From Selaginella moellendorffii (lineage: Eukaryota > Plantae > Lycopodiophyta), in assembly GCF_000143415.4 (NCBI RefSeq), contig NW_003314355.1, positions 205,410 to 269,409 of the forward strand: a stretch of 64,000 nt of DNA, read 5' to 3'. The notes under the pieces are model-generated. The model did no database searches. It was not told where the DNA came from and was given only the letters and a program-made list of their open reading frames with translations. Made by a program: the position numbers and the translations under genes. Positions 59,158 through 64,000 of this stretch are shown here, piece by piece (the stretch's first letter is position 1; each line of letters opens with the position of its first letter).

Positions 59158-62100
59158 CTTTCTTTTGGGAGTATCATCAAGGGGTTCACTCGGCACTAGT
59201 TCATCCAGTGTTTACTTTCCAAGCTCGTTTTTATAACAAGAGGTCTCCTATTCTTCTCTTCATGTTGGTTGATACAGGTTTGAGTTTATCTTCTATTGCT
59301 CGACCTGTTGCCACACATTGTCGTCTACACTTGCATCGTGCGGCGGATCCAGTTTTCATTCTTTATGGCAACGGCCGTACACATGCATGTGCACGAGATG
59401 AGGCGGACCTGGTTGTGCGTGTGGGTGATCTCGAGCTTGAGTTGCAGTCGTTGCGGGTGGTGCCGAGTCAAGCTTTTGACCTCATTCTTGGTATGGATTG
59501 GTTGCAGCGCAATCATGCCAAGTGTGACTTTGAGGCTTCTCCCCCTTGTCTCATACTTCCTTATGTTTCATCCATTCCTCTCACTTCCGTACCTCTTCGT
59601 CCCTCTACTTCTACCTCTGCTTCCATTACTTTTGTTCCCCCACTGTTTCCTCTTGTGTTTCCATCTTGTTGTGCTCTTCCCTTTCCCGATCCCTCCGATG
59701 ATCTTTGTGTTGCAGCGGTTGACCGGCTCATGAAGGAGTATTCTGATTTCTTTGAATTTGACCTATCATCTGGGGCCAAGATTGCCACACGTCATCCCAT
59801 TCCAACCGGGGATGCTCGTCCAATCAAGGTTCCTGTTCGTCGTCGGTCACCCAAGGAGATCAAAATTTTACGTGCAAACGTTAAGGAGATGTTAGAGAAG
59901 GGTGTTATTCGGAAGTCGCGGAGTCCTTGGGCATGTGAACTTCATCTTGTGACGAAGCCTGATGGTAGTATTCATTTCTGCATCGACTATCGTCCATTAA
60001 ATGAAGTGACGATCCCGGATGTGTACCCTCTTCCTCACACTGCTGATCTCTTGGATCGTCTGGGGCGAAGTCGTTGGTTCACCAAGCTAGATCTTGCTTC
60101 TGGGTATTGGCAAGTACCGATGGCCAAAGACGATATTCCTAAGATTGCTTTTCGTACACCATTTGGTTTGTACAAGTTCTTGGTGATGCCGTTTGGTTTG
60201 AACAATGCTCCAGCAACTTTTCAGCGGATGATGGACGAGGTTCTTTGCGATATGCCGGAGGTGACGGCTGACTTCATTGATGATGTCTTGATCCACTCGG
60301 AGGGGACGTGGGAGGAGCACGTTCGTGATGTTTGTAAAGTGTTGGATCGGCTACGCGACGTTGGTTTAAAGCTGAAGCGGTCAAAGTGCGTGTTTGGGTC
60401 CAAAGACACAACTTATCTTAGGTACCGTATTTCTCGTGAGGGTTTGCAAGTTGATCCTGACAAACTTGTAGCCGTTCTAAAGTTCCCTACTCCGAAGTGT
60501 GTGAATGATATGCAGCGCTTTTTGGGTAAGGTGCAGTATCTCGGTCGTTTTGTGGATCATCTTTCCGATCGCACTACACCATTGCGAGCATTGCTGAAGT
60601 CATCAACGTCATCTTTCATCTGGTCTCCGGATTGTGAGCGGGTGTTCGTGAATCTCAAAGAGCTATTGACGACTCCTCCGGTTTTGGCATATCCTGACTA
60701 CACTCGGCCTTTTATTTTGCGTGTGGATGCTTCTGACATTGGTCTTGGAGGTGTGTTGATGCAAGAGAGCTCGAGTGTGCCTGGTCAGCGCCATCCCATT
60801 GCATACATAAGCCGTACATTACAACCAGCAGAGATTAACTACTCCACGACGGAGAAGGAGTGTTTAGCAACAGTCTGGGGTTTCGAGAAACTTCATGCAT
60901 ATCTACATGGTTCTCGGACGTTACTTGAAGGTGACCATGCTGCTGTTACTTCATTATTGAAGCGGAAGAACCTGGTTGGTCGTACGGCTCGATGGGCTTT
61001 GAAGCTTCAGATATATCATTTCAATGTTGTTCATCGCCCAGGGAGTTCTATGGCTGATGCTGATGCCCTTTCTCGAGCTCCTCTTCCTTCTCCACTCACT
61101 TCTTATGTTTTTGACGAACCTGTTGTTCCAGCATCTGTGGATTTTTTAGATGAGGATTCTGTGCCATCGGCAGTTGTTGTCCTTGACATTCAGTGACGTT
61201 ATTTTGTGGGGACGGATCCTGATGGTCATTTATGGCTGGTGGTGCCTTCGGTGTTTATTCCGCGGTTTCTCCATGCCTACCATGATTCTCCTGTTCTAGG
61301 TGGTCATATGGGACACCGTCGTGTCACCGAGAAGCTACGCAGATCTTTCTATTGGCCAGAGATGCGACGTGATATTATCCGGTATGTGCGTAGCTGCGTT
61401 TGGTGCCAAGCTCGTAATACTCCCCCTTGTGCTGCGGAAGGACGGTTGGAGTCAATTGCAGTTTCTCGTCCGTTTGAGTTGGTGGCATTTGATCTTATGG
61501 GACCTTTTCCACGATCGACTGCTGGCAATGAGTATGTTATTATTGCTTCTGACTACTTGACTCATTGGGTGGAAGTTGGTGCTCTTGCTAGTGCCTCTGC
61601 AACTGCTGTTGGATACTTCCTCCTCAATCGAGTGGTGTTCCAGCATTCTTGTCCAGAGCGGATTCTTTCGGATAATGGTCCTGCATTTATGGCTGAGGTA
61701 TTTCATGTTTTAACATCTCGGTTGGGGATACGCCACACTTTTACGAGTGCTTATCATCCACAATCAGACAGTCTGGTCGAACAGCTCGTTCGGACATTCA
61801 AAAGGATGATTGCGAAGTATGTGAACTTTCAGCATTCGGATTGGGATGGTTATTTGCCGTCTCTTCGGTATGCCTATGTCACAGGGGTGCAGAGTTCTGT
61901 TGGTGCTTCACCATATAAACTTCTATATGGTCATGATCCAATATTACCAACAGAGTTGGGTTTACCTTCGCGATTGCCACAAGCTCCTGATGCTAGGTCA
62001 TGGGATCAATATTTGACAAGCATTCTTCCATTTGTCCGAGCAGAGTCCGCTGAACACTTAGGCCGTGTACAAGTGGGACAACAACGGCGCTACAATTCCC

Positions 62101-62414
62101 ATCATCGTCCACCTGCAGAGTACAAAGTGGATGATTTGGTGTTAGTCCGTTTTCCCTATCTTACGGTACGTGGTTTATCTAAGGGGCTCCTTGCGCAGTG
62201 GAAAGGACCATATCGGGTGTTGCGGCAAGTTGGACCACAAGTTTATGAGGTTCGGCATGACGTTTAGCAGGCCGATCCTCCGGAGATTGTGCATGTGCAA
62301 CGGTTAAAATGCTTCATACAAAGGGATCAGGAGCAGTTAATACCATCTACAGATCCACCGATGCCTCCTCCTGACGTTCCTCCAGATCCCGGCCCTTCTA
62401 CAAGAGAACCCTGA
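59094..62414 (+). pseudogene. pol (protease, RT, RNase H, integrase) in the -1 frame, with in-frame stops at 61194-61196 and 62265-62267
   Basis: LVDTG, LDLASGYWQ, MPFGL, FIDD, VDASD, GGHMG/CVWC, SDNG, YHPQSD, KGPY, VHVQRLK; no chromodomain. Confidence 0.9.
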
Positions 62415-62510
62415 TGGCCTTCCATTATTTTGAGAGGAGGAGATGATGTGAGGACCAAGTGTACGGCTACGATGCCGTATACTAATATTAGCGTAGTGGG
62501 ATTTTGGTAG

Positions 62511-64000
62511 TGTAAGCGACTAAATTTTCCATTCTACTTTAGTCACTTAACCACACCTCTGACCACTTGGAGGAGTCTCATTCACAACCTCCATAAGTCC
62601 AATCCAGGACTTGGGACTTGCTAGCCCCGAGAATGGCATCCATGCCACTCAACATTTGCACTTGGTCCAAGTGCTCCACGTGTCCGATCCCATGACCGAC
62701 ACTCAAAGGTACCACCGACATAGCTGCCCGTTACGCTAAGGCCATGCCTAATCACCTTTGCCACACTGGTAGTCCAATACCACTTGCATCACCGTCTTGG
62801 CTCTCCAAGACTAGGCAAACCATCCGTGAGTGGTCATCTCAGATCCACTCCTTAGCATCCTTAGGATGCCCACCAACAAGGGGAATAGCCTTCCCCAATA
62901 TCCCTCTGTCAGTCCCCACTAAGTCCCTTTCTGCCCCTGGCTGTGTTTGCCAACACTGCCACTGGATCGAGACCCACAGGCCCGACCACTAAGTCCCACG
63001 GTCCTCTGGGACTTCCCCACCACACGACTGTGTCCTTGGTCACTACCCCAAAGGACTGCTCCTCTTCCTTTCCACAGTCTGGGCCTTTGGGACAACATTT
63101 CGGAACACCGTGGCCTTACGCGAGCCATCTGGGTACTCTCCTCGCCTTCTGCCCTTGGGTGCTCTAGCCATGGGCTTAGAGCGGGTTCCGTTGAGCCACA
63201 CCAGGTATCCAAGTAGGTAGTGCCACCCACACTTGGACTGGGAGCATCGGCCAGTCGATCTCCCGGGGGAACTAGAGCCGGCTCTTGAACACTTCACCAA
63301 GCTACCCCGCTTGTCGGTCTGTGTTCACTCTAGTCTTGGACTTCCCAGTGGGCAGCTCATCACCCAACACTGGGTCCGGCCTTCCTGGGCCAAACTGGCC
63401 TTTCCTGGCCAAACTGGCTCCACTGCAGTCCTCCCCCTACTATACTTTTGGAGCTCACCAAACCCCCCAGGGTCTGGGAGACGAACGCTTTGGGCTTTCA
63501 CCCTCTCAGGCTCAGACTCAGACTCGGACTCGGACTCGGACTCGGACTCGGACTCGGACTCAGACTCGGACTCGGATTCGGACTCGGACTCGGGCTCGGG
63601 CTCGGTCTCGGCCTCGGCCTCGGTCTCGGTCTCGGTCCCGATCTCGGTCTCGGTCTCGGTCCCGGTCTCGGTCTCGACTTCGGACTCCATCTCGGACTCC
63701 ATCTCGGACTCCATCTCGGACTCCATCTCGGGTCCACCTCGGACTCCATCTCGGACTCCATCTCGGGTCCATCTCGGACTCCATCTCGGACTCCATTTCG
63801 GGTCCATCTCGGGTCCACCTCGGACTCCATCTCGGACTCCATCTCGGACTCCATCTCGGGTCCATCTCGGACTCCACTTCGGACTCCAACTCGGGTCCAT
63901 CTCGGGTCCACCTCGGACTCCACTTCGGACTCCATCTTGGACTCCATCTCGGGTCCATCTCGGACTCCACTTCGGACTCCAACTCGGGTCCATCTCGGGT
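62511..64000 (-). mobile_element. LTR-A inserted in the 3' LTR of gypsy family C; runs off the window
   Basis: Near-identical to 8735 onward, beginning TGTAAGCGAC. Confidence 0.95.

Larger units (their letters stand above)
57788..62510 (+). mobile_element. Ty3/gypsy element (family C) with short LTRs
   Basis: 5' LTR 57788-57962 (175 bp); PBS TGGTGGAG at 57964 (tRNA-Ala-like); PPT GAGAGGAGGAGATGA 62432-62446; 3' LTR starts at 62447 and is interrupted at 62510. Confidence 0.92.

Overview
Eukaryotic, plant-like transposon nest; ~50-nt GT-AG introns, CCCTAAA repeats and a plant-type 25S/28S rDNA fragment suggest a non-seed land plant such as a lycophyte (inference only). (1) 1-~14.1 kb: two divergent spliced genes. 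On the minus strand is a >=11-exon gene (~1,470 codons, two premature TAG stops) with ParB/Srx-like, degenerate amino-methyltransferase-like, acidic and FCP1/HAD-like regions. On the plus strand is a Sola-like DDD transposase split by a solo LTR. About 25 copies of a 24-bp palindrome (AATGGCRTGWGGCCWCAYGCCATT) occur only in this unit, many inside its introns. (2) 14.2-50.3 kb and 62.5-64 kb: many copies of a non-coding, LARD-like LTR family (LTR-A) whose GAGTCC/GAGACC microsatellites produce most of the spurious ORFs. (3) Two head-to-tail APE-RT LINEs sit antisense at one 28S rDNA position with a 16-bp rDNA TSD; two short related LINE 3' fragments both lie right after GTTCGA. (4) A young chromovirus (36264-43796) has two spliceosomal introns in its integrase. 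(5) A decayed 28S rDNA fragment, followed by a second Ty3/gypsy element with a -1 frameshift pseudoknot. Domain calls come from motif recognition by eye; no searches were run.
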